A DNA stretch of 64,000 nucleotides from Planctomycetota bacterium (GTDB taxonomy: Bacteria; Planctomycetota; UBA1135; GCA-002748355). The translations under genes were made by a program, and so were the position numbers. Each line of letters opens with the position of its first letter. Within the stretch, counting starts at the first letter, position 1. Positions 15,594 to 24,566 of this stretch are shown here, in pieces. A model generated the notes under the pieces. It worked only from the letters and a program-made list of their open reading frames with translations. It searched no databases and had not been told where the DNA came from. The DNA is taken from positions 51,050 through 115,049 of the forward strand of contig JALUUL010000054.1 of assembly GCA_027021385.1 (NCBI GenBank), given 5' to 3'.

Positions 15594-18230
15594 TCAGGGC
15601 TGTCCGCCGACCTTTCCGGCTCCGCCGTTCGTCACGACCATGCCGAAGTTGTTCGCCGGCTTGTCGACCACGAGCCACTGCTGCCAGAACCGGACCCCGA
15701 CCAGCACCTTGAGGTTCGGGAACGGAAGGGTTCCGGAAGCGGCGCCGGAGCTGAGGACGGGCTTCGGCAGGATGATGTCGCCCGAGGTCAAGAGCTTGCA
15801 ACCCTTGGCGCCGAGGACCGACATGTCGAAGGGAAGCGGAATCGCGCCCCATTTCGTGTTCGAGAAGCCCGTGAAGAGAAGGGCGACCGTGCTCGGGCGC
15901 GCGAAGGAGAGCTTCGCCGTCCAAGGCTTCCCGATCTCGGGGACTCCCGTCGCGCTCAGCACCGGAATCGCTCCGCCGGTACTGGAACTGCAGTTGACCC
16001 GCCACTTCCAGAACTGGGTCGTCCACGGCCCGCTCCAGGAGGGTCCGTTCCAGAAATGCGTGCCCTTCACACCGGTCGTCACGATCGGGCGGAAGCGGTA
16101 CCCGACGGAGGGGGAACGATAGGCGATGTAGAAGGTCGTCCCCGCGGAAACGTTGTAGGGACTCGTGAAGACGGTCGTCGCCCAGCCCGGGGTCGTCGAG
16201 ACCTTCATCGAACTCGTGCGGGCAGGAGTCGTCGCGGGCTTCGTTCCGCTCGAGGCGTAGATGTAGGTCGGAAGCGTGACGGCCGACGTGTACTGGCAGT
16301 AGATCTGGAAGCCGGTCACGCTCATGTTCGTCGGGGCCTTGACCCGCATCGCGAAGATCCGGTTGGACGCCAGGCCGACCCGGGAGTTGAGCGTCGGAGA
16401 GGTCTGGTTCAGGGAAGCGCAGACGGGTCCGCCGCCGCCCTTGCCCGTGCCCTTGCAACCCAGCCCGAAGGTCGCATAGGTGCCGGGAATCGGCGCGGCG
16501 GCCGCCTGGGTAAAGGCCATGCCGAAGGGCTGGGTCGAGCCCTGCAGGGTCGTGGCAGTCACCCGGATCACGTATCCGCCCGTGCGGCGCGCCCGGAACT
16601 TCGCGACCTCGTAGAGGTTGCGCGGAGTCTTCGAACTTCCGACGACCGTGGTTCCGTCGAGGATCTCGAGATCGAGGTTCGACCAGGATTTCGAGGTCAT
16701 GACCGTGCGATGCCAGGCGATCGCGACCGCGTAGAACTTTCCGGCCACGACGGGCATCGGCCAGGTCCAGGTCCTCTTCGTCGAGGTCACGCTGCCTCGG
16801 CGGTGGGCGAGCGAGGACCGAGCGATCGCGAGGGCCGCGTCGTCCCTAAGGAGGCCCATCCCGTAGGCATTACGCGAGTTGTAGGGAGATTTCGGGTTCT
16901 TGGCGGAGATATCCAGGGCCGAGGCCAGCAGGATGGCCTTGGTCTCATCGGCCTTCAAGGTCTTGACCGCGCCCCGGATCAGGGTCGCCGCCCCGCAAAC
17001 CTGCGGGGAGGCCATCGAGGTGCCCGAGGCGATGTAATTCGAGGTCTCGAGGTTCCTTCTCGCCATGACCGTGCTTACACCGCAGGCCGCGATGTCGGGA
17101 TAGTAGCGCTGGGAATCGAGATAGAGAGGACCTCTCGACGAAAAGCTCGCAACCCTGTGCGTGTTCGGGTAGACCGCAGCGACCGCCAGGCCGTTCGCCG
17201 CACTCTGGCTCCCCCGGGTGCTCGGACCGGAGTTTCCGCCCGCGACGCAGATCATGATGTCCGCGTTGTAGGCGGCTGAGTCCAGGGCCTTCTGGGCGGC
17301 ATTCAGCGGGTCGGGGCTTCCCGAGTAGGAGTTGTTCGCCGAAACGATATTGTACTTCGTCCGGTTCGCGGCAACCTGCTGCCAGGCCGAGGTGATCGTC
17401 GTGGTCGAGGAGCTTCCCCGGACGTTGTTCGCGATCGAGAATCCCACGATCCCGGCGTCGTAGGCGTGACCGTGATCGGCTGCAGTCGTCCCCCAGTTCG
17501 CGCCGGCCGCGATGCTCGCGACTCCCGTTCCGTGACCATGCACGTCGTCGGGGGACATCAATCCAACCTTGATGTTCGCGAGGAGACGACTGCCGCCGAT
17601 CCCCCCTCCGGTCTTGTTGTTGATATTCCCGTTCCGGAAATACGTGCGGTGCGGGCGGCCCGAGTTGTTCATGTTCGAGTCTTGGCCCGTATCCACGATC
17701 GCCGTAGCGACCCCCGTCCCCTTGATCCCCTTCGCCTGGACCGCGTCGGCGTTGTGGTTCAGGGAGTTCGTCGCGGTCTTGATCAGAGGCTCCCACTCTT
17801 CATCGGGCTCGACGCGCGTCACTCCGGCGAAATCGCGGATTTCTCCGAGCTTCGCGAAGGGAATGTCGATCGCGCAGGCATTGATGAGCCACCATTGCAC
17901 GACGACCTCCCCGCCCAGGGAACGGACCTTGGCCTCGAAGGCCGCCTGGTCCTTCTTCACACGGGCTTCCATGTCGCGGATGATCGCCTGGACCTCCGCA
18001 TCTGGACGACCCGCGTAGATCGCCTTCCTGAAGGCGTCCAACGTGAAGCTCCGCGTTCGGAAATGGACGATCCACCGCTCGGTCCCGGGAATGCGACCCG
18101 GAAGGCCATGGCGTTCGGCTTGTTGCGCCGGGACGGGAAGGGCCACTCCGTCGTTCCCGGGGACGCCTTGAGCGGCGAGTCCCGAGACCAAACAAAGGGA
18201 AAGCACGAGAGTTCGGGGGATTCTTGGCAT
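15594..18230 (-). CDS. Secreted subtilisin-family (S8) serine protease with an I9-like propeptide and a long C-terminal extension
   Basis: Signal peptide MPRIPRTLVLSLCLVSGLAAQG. Catalytic triad contexts AIVDTGQD, HGHGTGVASIAAG and SGTSMASPQVCGAA. About 420 aa of Thr/Ser/Gly-rich beta-type sequence follows the catalytic domain. Confidence 0.9.
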   Translation of the reverse strand: MPRIPRTLVLSLCLVSGLAAQGVPGNDGVALPVPAQQAERHGLPGRIPGTERWIVHFRTRSFTLDAFRKAIYAGRPDAEVQAIIRDMEARVKKDQAAFEAKVRSLGGEVVVQWWLINACAIDIPFAKLGEIRDFAGVTRVEPDEEWEPLIKTATNSLNHNADAVQAKGIKGTGVATAIVDTGQDSNMNNSGRPHRTYFRNGNINNKTGGGIGGSRLLANIKVGLMSPDDVHGHGTGVASIAAGANWGTTAADHGHAYDAGIVGFSIANNVRGSSSTTTITSAWQQVAANRTKYNIVSANNSYSGSPDPLNAAQKALDSAAYNADIMICVAGGNSGPSTRGSQSAANGLAVAAVYPNTHRVASFSSRGPLYLDSQRYYPDIAACGVSTVMARRNLETSNYIASGTSMASPQVCGAATLIRGAVKTLKADETKAILLASALDISAKNPKSPYNSRNAYGMGLLRDDAALAIARSSLAHRRGSVTSTKRTWTWPMPVVAGKFYAVAIAWHRTVMTSKSWSNLDLEILDGTTVVGSSKTPRNLYEVAKFRARRTGGYVIRVTATTLQGSTQPFGMAFTQAAAAPIPGTYATFGLGCKGTGKGGGGPVCASLNQTSPTLNSRVGLASNRIFAMRVKAPTNMSVTGFQIYCQYTSAVTLPTYIYASSGTKPATTPARTSSMKVSTTPGWATTVFTSPYNVSAGTTFYIAYRSPSVGYRFRPIVTTGVKGTHFWNGPSWSGPWTTQFWKWRVNCSSSTGGAIPVLSATGVPEIGKPWTAKLSFARPSTVALLFTGFSNTKWGAIPLPFDMSVLGAKGCKLLTSGDIILPKPVLSSGAASGTLPFPNLKVLVGVRFWQQWLVVDKPANNFGMVVTNGGAGKVGGQP

Positions 18231-18554
18231 GACGGGTTTCCGTTCGATGAGGTTCTGGAAGGATCAGGAGAAGGGATGCGTGCCGTCTGGGACCGAGAAA
18301 GTGGACGCGATCGGAGGATCCCGAAAAGGGAGAAGACGGACATCGAGATTCTATCCCCGATCCGGTTCCGAAGACCAGAAGATGGACCGGGAGAAGGAGA
18401 AAAGCATCGTAGCAAAGACGCGAGGATCCATCATGAGGGTTCCCCGGTAAGGGGATTTCTCCCTGAAAAGGGCTGAGGATTGCGGCGGTGGGGATGGGAC
18501 GGGACCGTCCCGGGTCCTCGAAGGATTCCTAGAAAACCCGGCCTCAGCGAGGAA

Positions 18555-19553
18555 TCAGAGTCGCCGGAGGATGGCCTCGACGTATTCCCCGGTCGAGGCC
18601 TCCCCCCCGAGGTCGCGGGTCACGTGCCGGCCTTCGAGGAGGACGTCCCGAACCGCGTCCCGGACCCGGTCCGCCGCCTCGGCCTCTCCGAGGTGACGCA
18701 GCATCAGGCATCCCGAGAAGAGGACGGCGGTCGGATTCGCGACCCCCTTGCCCGCGATGTCGGGAGCCGAGCCGTGAACGGCCTCGAACACCGCGCAGTC
18801 ATCGGAAAAATTCGCGCTCGGAGCCATGCCGAGCCCGCCGACCAGACCCGCGGTGAGATCGGAGACGATGTCGCCGAAGAGGTTCTCCATGACGAGCACA
18901 TCGAAGCGGGTCGGGTCGAGGACGAGTTTCATCGCGGTCGCATCCACGATCGATTCCTCGTATTCGATGTCCGGATAGCGCTTCGCGGTCTCCCGGGCGA
19001 CATCGAGGAAGAGACCGTCGCTGAGTTTGAGGATGTTGGCCTTGTGGACCGCCGTGACCTTCTTCCGCCCCCGGCGTCGCGCCTGCTCGAAAGCGAAACC
19101 CAGAATGCGCTCGGAGGCTCGGCGGGTGATGACCCGCTGGCTCTCGATGACGCCGGGAACGACCTCGTGTTCGAGCCCGGAATAGAGTCCCTCGCTGTTC
19201 TCGCGCACCACGATCAGGTCGACATCCTCGAAACGGGTCTTGACCCCGGGGAGGCTGCGCACCGGGCGATAGTTCGCGAAGAGGTCCAGGGCCCGGCGCA
19301 GGGCGACGTTGATCGAGCCGTGCCCTCCTCCGATCGGGGTCGTCAGCGGTCCCTTGAGGACGACCCCCGTGTCGAGACAGGATTCGATCAGATCCTCGGG
19401 CAGGATACGGCCGGTCTCCGCGATCCGGTCCGCCCCCGCGTGCCGGACCTCCCATTCGAGATCCAGACCGGTGGCCTCGAGGACGCGGCGCGCCGCCGCC
19501 GTGACTTCCGGCCCGATGCCGTCGCCGGGGATCAGGGTGATTCTGTATGCCAT
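18555..19553 (-). CDS. Isocitrate/isopropylmalate dehydrogenase-family enzyme (NAD-IDH or homoisocitrate-DH-like)
   Basis: MAYRITLIPGDGIGPEV...LKGPLTTP...SINVALRRALDLFANYRPV...VVRENSEGLYSG...NLFGDIVSDL...EAVHGSAPDIAGKGVANP. Confidence 0.88.
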   Translation of the reverse strand: MAYRITLIPGDGIGPEVTAAARRVLEATGLDLEWEVRHAGADRIAETGRILPEDLIESCLDTGVVLKGPLTTPIGGGHGSINVALRRALDLFANYRPVRSLPGVKTRFEDVDLIVVRENSEGLYSGLEHEVVPGVIESQRVITRRASERILGFAFEQARRRGRKKVTAVHKANILKLSDGLFLDVARETAKRYPDIEYEESIVDATAMKLVLDPTRFDVLVMENLFGDIVSDLTAGLVGGLGMAPSANFSDDCAVFEAVHGSAPDIAGKGVANPTAVLFSGCLMLRHLGEAEAADRVRDAVRDVLLEGRHVTRDLGGEASTGEYVEAILRRL

Positions 19554-19661
19554 GCTCGCCTCCCCGGCCCCGCCGGACCGCAGATCCGGAATTTTCCCAA
19601 AAAAACGGGGGAACCATGCTGCCTCCCGGGCGGAAGGGCCGCAAGGACCTCCCGGACCCGT

Positions 19662-20030
19662 TCAGGCCTCCCGCTTTCCCCCGTTCCGGGCGAGGACCTC
19701 GAGACAGGCCTCGACGAGGGCGAGGGCGTGGGCTCCCGTCCCTCCCAGACCTCCGAGGGAGGCCACGGCTCCCCGCAACCTCCCGAAGGGGGGCCCGGAT
19801 TCCAGCTCGCGACCCTCGTATTCCCGGACCGCGAGGCTCGCGGCGGCGAGCGTGGCCGGACAGGCCTCGGCCCTCCAGCGAAGGGCGGCGCAGCGCCCGC
19901 CCTCGAAGCGGGCCTTCATCCGGAGGCGGTCCCCGCAGACCGGGTCCTCGCGCAGGACCTCGACATCCGCGGGTTCCAGGTCCCCGACGCCTAAGGGTTC
20001 GCGCACGAGCCTGCGGAGGGCCTCCTCCAT
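19662..20030 (-). CDS. NifU/IscU/SufU-like Fe-S scaffold N-terminal-domain protein (divergent)
   Basis: DPVCGDRLRM...EACPATLAAASLA...HALALVEACLEVL gives an IscU-like spacing of cysteine ligands in a 122 aa protein. Confidence 0.6.
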   Translation of the reverse strand: MEEALRRLVREPLGVGDLEPADVEVLREDPVCGDRLRMKARFEGGRCAALRWRAEACPATLAAASLAVREYEGRELESGPPFGRLRGAVASLGGLGGTGAHALALVEACLEVLARNGGKREA

Positions 20031-20043
20031 CCGACCTCGAGCC

Positions 20044-20187
20044 TCAGCGTCCGAAGGCCGGAAGGTCCATGTCGAAGATCGAGGGGGCGCTCCGCTCGAG
20101 CGTCCAGAACTCGTCCTTCAAGATCTCGCAGGAGGCGAGGAGCAAGGGTACGAACAGCAGAAGGACGCGCAGCAGTCGGCGTTTCAT
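20044..20187 (-). CDS. 47 aa predicted lipoprotein, translationally coupled to lysA
   Basis: MKRRLLRVLLLFVPLLLASC has a basic n-region, a hydrophobic core and the lipobox LLASC. Its ATG overlaps the lysA stop (ATGA at 20184-20187). It is the tail of shadow ORF 20044..21597. Confidence 0.5.
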   Translation of the reverse strand: MKRRLLRVLLLFVPLLLASCEILKDEFWTLERSAPSIFDMDLPAFGR

Positions 20188-21509
20188 GTTCCGGCCTCCC
20201 GATTCCGGAGATCCTCGAGGATCTCCCTCCACGGAGGATCGCCCGCGGGCTTTCGGAGATCCAGCCCCTCGTCTCCTTCGTTCCGCCAGAGATCCCTCGG
20301 ATCCTCGCGACGGCGGATCAGCCGGGCCGTCCCGTTGGAGACGAGGACCTCGGCCGGACGCGGCCGCGAGTTGTAATCGCTCGACATCGAGAACCCGTAG
20401 GCGCCGGCCCCGAGGACGGCATAGAGGGTCCCGGGCTCCGACTCGGGAAGCGAGCGGTCCCTCCCGAGGAAGTCCCCGCTCTCGCAGACCGGTCCGACGA
20501 CATCGACCCGCCGCGGCACCCCTCCTTCCGGAGACCGCAGGGGGACGATCTCGTGGGTCGCCCCGTAGAGGGCGGGGCGGATCAGGTCGTTCATCCCTCC
20601 GTCCACGATCAGGAAGTCCTTCCCGTGTCCGGGCTTCCATTCGAGAGCTCGCACGAGCAGGAGGCCGGCGTCCCCCAGGAGGTATCGCCCCGGTTCGCAA
20701 AGGAGGCGGAGCCCGGCGGGCCCCAGGATCCGACGAAGGCCCTCGCCGAGGGGATCGAGGTCCATCGGTTCGGCGAAGGGGCCCCGGATGCCGAATCCGC
20801 CGCCGAGGTCGTAGCATTCGAGACCGAGCTTCTTGCAGGCCTTCAGATCGCACCAATCGAGCACCCGGCGGAGAGCCTCGAGATAGGGTTCGGAATCCAG
20901 GATCAACGAACCCAGGTGGACGTGGAAGGCGTGCAGCCTCAGGGAGGTTCCGGAAGAGATGACGCGGAGGCAATTCTCGGCCCGATCCGGATTGAGTCCG
21001 AACTTGTCCTCCTTCCTTCCGGTCGCGATGTAGTCGTGGGTCGCGGCCCCGACGTCGGGGTTCAAGCGGAGCGCCACGTCGACCCGCCGGCCCGCTCTCG
21101 AGGCGAGGAAGGCGAGACGGTCCAGCTCCGCCTCGCTTTCGACGACGAAGAGTCCGATCCCGGCCTCGAGACCCAGCTCGAGTTCCCAGTCCTGCTTCCC
21201 GACCCCGGCGAAGACCATGTCGGCGGGGCGCCCGCCCGCAGCCAGGGCCCGCAGGAGTTCCCCGCCGCTGACCAGATCGAACCCCGCGCCCTCCCGCGCG
21301 AGGAGGGACAGAAGGGCCCCGTTGGAGTTCGCCTTGACCGCGTAGCGGATCCCGGGATCCAGCCCGTCGAAGGACCGGCGGATCCGGTCGAGACGCTCCA
21401 GGATCGAGTCCGTGTCGTAGACGTAGACCGGCGTCCCGACCGCCGCGGCGATCTCCTCGAGCGGAACCCCCCCCGCCACAAGCCGGTCGTCTCGATACTC
21501 GATGCTCAT
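20184..21509 (-). CDS. lysA: Diaminopimelate decarboxylase
   Basis: MSIEYRD..GTPVYVYD...YAVKANSN...HVHLGS...DLGGGFGI...EPGRYL...CESGD...GAYGFSMSSDYNSRPRPAEV. The start at M14 of the ORF overlaps the upstream stop (ATGA). Confidence 0.93.
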   Translation of the reverse strand: MSIEYRDDRLVAGGVPLEEIAAAVGTPVYVYDTDSILERLDRIRRSFDGLDPGIRYAVKANSNGALLSLLAREGAGFDLVSGGELLRALAAGGRPADMVFAGVGKQDWELELGLEAGIGLFVVESEAELDRLAFLASRAGRRVDVALRLNPDVGAATHDYIATGRKEDKFGLNPDRAENCLRVISSGTSLRLHAFHVHLGSLILDSEPYLEALRRVLDWCDLKACKKLGLECYDLGGGFGIRGPFAEPMDLDPLGEGLRRILGPAGLRLLCEPGRYLLGDAGLLLVRALEWKPGHGKDFLIVDGGMNDLIRPALYGATHEIVPLRSPEGGVPRRVDVVGPVCESGDFLGRDRSLPESEPGTLYAVLGAGAYGFSMSSDYNSRPRPAEVLVSNGTARLIRRREDPRDLWRNEGDEGLDLRKPAGDPPWREILEDLRNREAGT

Positions 21510-22756
21510 CGCGCGCGGCGCCGCTCCTTCCCGGGGACCGCTCCGCACAGCCCCCGGTAGAGGGCGAGGAGTCGGCCGGCGATCCTGGCCGGATCATGCC
21601 GGAGGCGAAGGGTCCGTTGAAGGGCCGGAGGGACCTCCGGGGCCCGGAGGCAGGCCTCGGCCAGATCCTCCCCGAGTCGATCCTCGCGCCCCGGGGGAAC
21701 GAGCGTGACCCCCGGGCCCTCGAGATCGACGAGACCCGGAACCCTCCGGCCGACGACGGGGATCCCGCGCATCAGGGCCTCGACCGCGGCCAGCGGAAGG
21801 CCCTCCCGCCGCGAGGGAAGGACGCAGACATCCGCCGCCGGGAGCAGGTCCGGAGCCCCGGGGTCGGGACCTGGAAAGGCGAGAGGAAGCCCCTCGGCCG
21901 CGGCCTGCATCCGGCCCTCGAGAGGTCCCGCGCCGAAGGCGAGCGCGCGGACCTCGATCCCCCGATCGAGGAGGGCCCGTAGGCAGTCGACGAAGAGGAG
22001 GGGGGCCTTGATTTCGACGAAGCGCCCGAGAAAGACCGGCACGAAGGCCCGCTCGGGGAGGCCGAGCCTGCGGCGGAGAGCGCGGCGGAGCCCGCTCCCC
22101 GGACCGGGGCTCCGGTCCGGAGCCCCCGCGCCGGCCCCTCCCTCCCCGTGGAAGAGAATCCGATCCGGGGCCGGAACCGCGGGAGGAAGGACCTCGACAC
22201 GGCCCGGGCCGAGGAGCCCCAGGGCCCGGAGTTCGCGCCGGCAGCTCTCCGAGACGCAGCAGACGAGGTCCCGTCGTCTCTTCAATCGGCGCTCACCGGC
22301 GCGGAGCAGGGCGGAAGCCGTGGGATTCCCATACCCCTCGAAGACGTGCCCGTGCCAGTGGTGCACGCGCGCCGCGCGCTCCGGGCCCCGAGGGAGGAGC
22401 GCGGCGATCAGACCGGCCTTCCAGGTATGGGAGTGGAGGATCCGCGGGCGGAAGCTTCGGACGAGTCGGGACAGGATCCAAAGCGCGCGCAGATCCCCTC
22501 CCGGTCGCGGGGTCCTTCCGAGACAGGGGAGCCGGACCCTTCCCGAGGCCTCCGGTCCCCGCCGCAGGGCCTCCTCGATCCCGAGGATCTCATGCCCGGT
22601 GTCGAGGGCGGTCTCGCCCTCTTCGAGGAGGCCGGAGACGAGGAGTTCGCGCACGCCTCTCCGCTCGAGTTCGGGCCGGAGAGCGCGGAGCTGCCGGGCG
22701 GGGCCCCCGAGGTTGCAACGCCCGAGGATGCGCAGGACCCGGAGGGGTTCAGGCAC
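21506..22756 (-). CDS. Glycosyltransferase, GT4-like (GT-B fold)
   Basis: C-terminal EGLPLAAVEALMRGIPVVG (E-x7-E-type motif) and N-terminal HSHTWKAGL. Flanked by AsnB-like and epimerase genes. Confidence 0.8.
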   Translation of the reverse strand: MPEPLRVLRILGRCNLGGPARQLRALRPELERRGVRELLVSGLLEEGETALDTGHEILGIEEALRRGPEASGRVRLPCLGRTPRPGGDLRALWILSRLVRSFRPRILHSHTWKAGLIAALLPRGPERAARVHHWHGHVFEGYGNPTASALLRAGERRLKRRRDLVCCVSESCRRELRALGLLGPGRVEVLPPAVPAPDRILFHGEGGAGAGAPDRSPGPGSGLRRALRRRLGLPERAFVPVFLGRFVEIKAPLLFVDCLRALLDRGIEVRALAFGAGPLEGRMQAAAEGLPLAFPGPDPGAPDLLPAADVCVLPSRREGLPLAAVEALMRGIPVVGRRVPGLVDLEGPGVTLVPPGREDRLGEDLAEACLRAPEVPPALQRTLRLRHDPARIAGRLLALYRGLCGAVPGKERRRAR

Positions 22757-24563
22757 GGGCCGCCTCCTTCTCCCGCTCGAGCCAATGCACCGAAAGGGCG
22801 CAGAGGGAGAAGACCAGGGGGGCGAGGTCGTCCCGGCCCCTCTCCAGGCGACGAAGAAGCTCGAGAGCGGCCCCGGGGCGCCAGGGGGCCCGGCGCTTCA
22901 AGGCCGGATCGCCGAGCCATGCGGCAGGCAAGGGGCTTTCCCGGAGCCAGCGGGCGAGGGGGGGACCGAAGCCGCGCTTCGCCCCCCCTCGAAGCGCCGA
23001 GGGCAGGCGCCGGGAGAGCAATGCGCGCAACAGGGCCTTGCCCCGAACCTCCCCCGCCGGCCGCCGCCGCCCCCGCATGCGCTCCCTCAACCGCAGATCG
23101 AGGAACGGGGCCCTCCCCTCGATCCCATGGGACAGGGTCGCGATGTCCAGCTTCGGACAGAGGTCGGCCGGGAGATAGAACTCGAGGTCGGCCCGGCGCG
23201 GTCCCTCCTCGTCGCCTTCAAAGACCCGGAGGCTCCGGCAGATCGCGGCGCCGGCCGGGACGTCCCCCTTCCGGCCCAGGAGGGATCCGACCTCGCGGGG
23301 GTCGGCCGTGGCCAGGAGTTCGGCGTAGCTCTCCCCCTCCGAAGCGGCCAGCGCCCGCAGAAGGCGGCCGCGCGGGCCGGCTCCCCGGGCCTTGCGGAAA
23401 GGGAAGGCCCAGGCCTCGGGCAGCAGGTTCCGGAAGCGCTCCGCCCAGTCGAAGGCCCGCTGCCGTCGATACCCAAAGAAGAGTTCATCCCCCCCATCCC
23501 CGCTGAAGGCGATGCCAACCCCTTCCGCGGCCGCGGCCCGACAGAGCGCATCCAGGGCCAGGATCGACGCGTCGCCGAGCGGAAACCCCGCTCTCACGAC
23601 CAGATCCGGAAGCCGGGCCAGGCAGCCCTCGTCGATCTCGACGCGGCGCAGCGGAAGCCCGAGCCGACGCGCGACCTCGGAGGCCCTCATCCCCTCGGAC
23701 CGCCCTCCCCGGAAGTCCCCGGCGAGACAGAACGGGCGTTTCCCGGCCTCGACGAGTTCCAGGGCCAACAGGGAACTGTCGATCCCCCCCGAAAGGAAGA
23801 GCCCGAGGCTTCGATCTCCTTCCGTTCGGCCTCGGACGAGACGCCGGATCAGGAGCGCGGTCCCCTCCTCGAAGCCCGCTCCCCCCAGTTCGGGCGGCGT
23901 CGCGGCCGGCCGGACCTCGCGTTCCCCGATCCTCCCTCGCTCTCCATAGATCCGGATCCTTCCTTTCGGAAAGACCTCCCCTCCGAGACCGAGGGGGTCA
24001 CCCTCGGGCGGAGGAGCGCCGAAACGCAGGAAGAAGGAAAGCGCCCCGGGGTCGGGTTCCCCGAGGCCGCCCCCGAGGAAACGGCGAAGCGAAGGAGGAG
24101 TCGAGGCGAAGGAGGGGAACCCGGCCCCTTCGCGCACGAAGAGGGGTTTCTCCCCGAAGGGGTCGCGGCCGAGAACCAGGCGCGCGCGCGCTTCGTCGTA
24201 GATCGCGAATGCGAACTGCCCCGAAAGGGTCTCGAGCCCCCCAGGCCCGAAACAGGCATAGAGAAGGAGGCAGAGGTCCGCGTCGCTCCGGGTCTCCGGA
24301 AAGACGCCGGCCAAGGCGAGCCGCCGGCGGAGTTCCTCCTGGTCTCCGAGGTTTCCGTTGAACCCGCAGGCGATCCGCGTCCCGGCTTCGCCGATCACTC
24401 GAGGCTGCGAGGCCCGGGGATCGGTGATCGAAAGACGGCGGCATCCGAGGAGGAACGACCCCATGCGCAGGAGCCGCCCCTGGTCGGGCCCCCTCCAGGC
24501 GAGGAGATCCAGGGCGCCCTTGGGGTTACCACGGCTTTCGGGACCTCCGAGGATCCCACACAA
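22749..24563 (-). CDS. Asparagine synthase (glutamine-hydrolysing) family amidotransferase
   Basis: N-terminal nucleophile MCGI, a GATase-2 domain, and the PP-loop LFLSGGIDSS. 8 nt overlap with the GT4 start. Confidence 0.85.
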   Translation of the reverse strand: MCGILGGPESRGNPKGALDLLAWRGPDQGRLLRMGSFLLGCRRLSITDPRASQPRVIGEAGTRIACGFNGNLGDQEELRRRLALAGVFPETRSDADLCLLLYACFGPGGLETLSGQFAFAIYDEARARLVLGRDPFGEKPLFVREGAGFPSFASTPPSLRRFLGGGLGEPDPGALSFFLRFGAPPPEGDPLGLGGEVFPKGRIRIYGERGRIGEREVRPAATPPELGGAGFEEGTALLIRRLVRGRTEGDRSLGLFLSGGIDSSLLALELVEAGKRPFCLAGDFRGGRSEGMRASEVARRLGLPLRRVEIDEGCLARLPDLVVRAGFPLGDASILALDALCRAAAAEGVGIAFSGDGGDELFFGYRRQRAFDWAERFRNLLPEAWAFPFRKARGAGPRGRLLRALAASEGESYAELLATADPREVGSLLGRKGDVPAGAAICRSLRVFEGDEEGPRRADLEFYLPADLCPKLDIATLSHGIEGRAPFLDLRLRERMRGRRRPAGEVRGKALLRALLSRRLPSALRGGAKRGFGPPLARWLRESPLPAAWLGDPALKRRAPWRPGAALELLRRLERGRDDLAPLVFSLCALSVHWLEREKEAARA

Positions 24564-24566
24564 GAT

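Noticed and set aside
15102-17279. A 725 aa plus-strand ORF and other long ORFs opposite the S8 protease. Also the ORFs 10132..12390 and 11674..13047 across gene X.
   Set aside because: These are shadow frames with Arg/Gly/Pro/Ser-rich translations. The protease frame carries the full Asp/His/Ser triad motifs. The gene X frame has an N-terminal TM helix, ordinary residue diversity, and start/stop coupling to both neighbours.
18231-18554. A 324 bp gap upstream of the protease gene, containing a GGGACGG/CCGTCCC hairpin near 18494-18509.
   Set aside because: This is most simply the terminator of the IDH-family gene plus the promoter and 5' UTR of the protease gene. I saw nothing pointing to an independent element.
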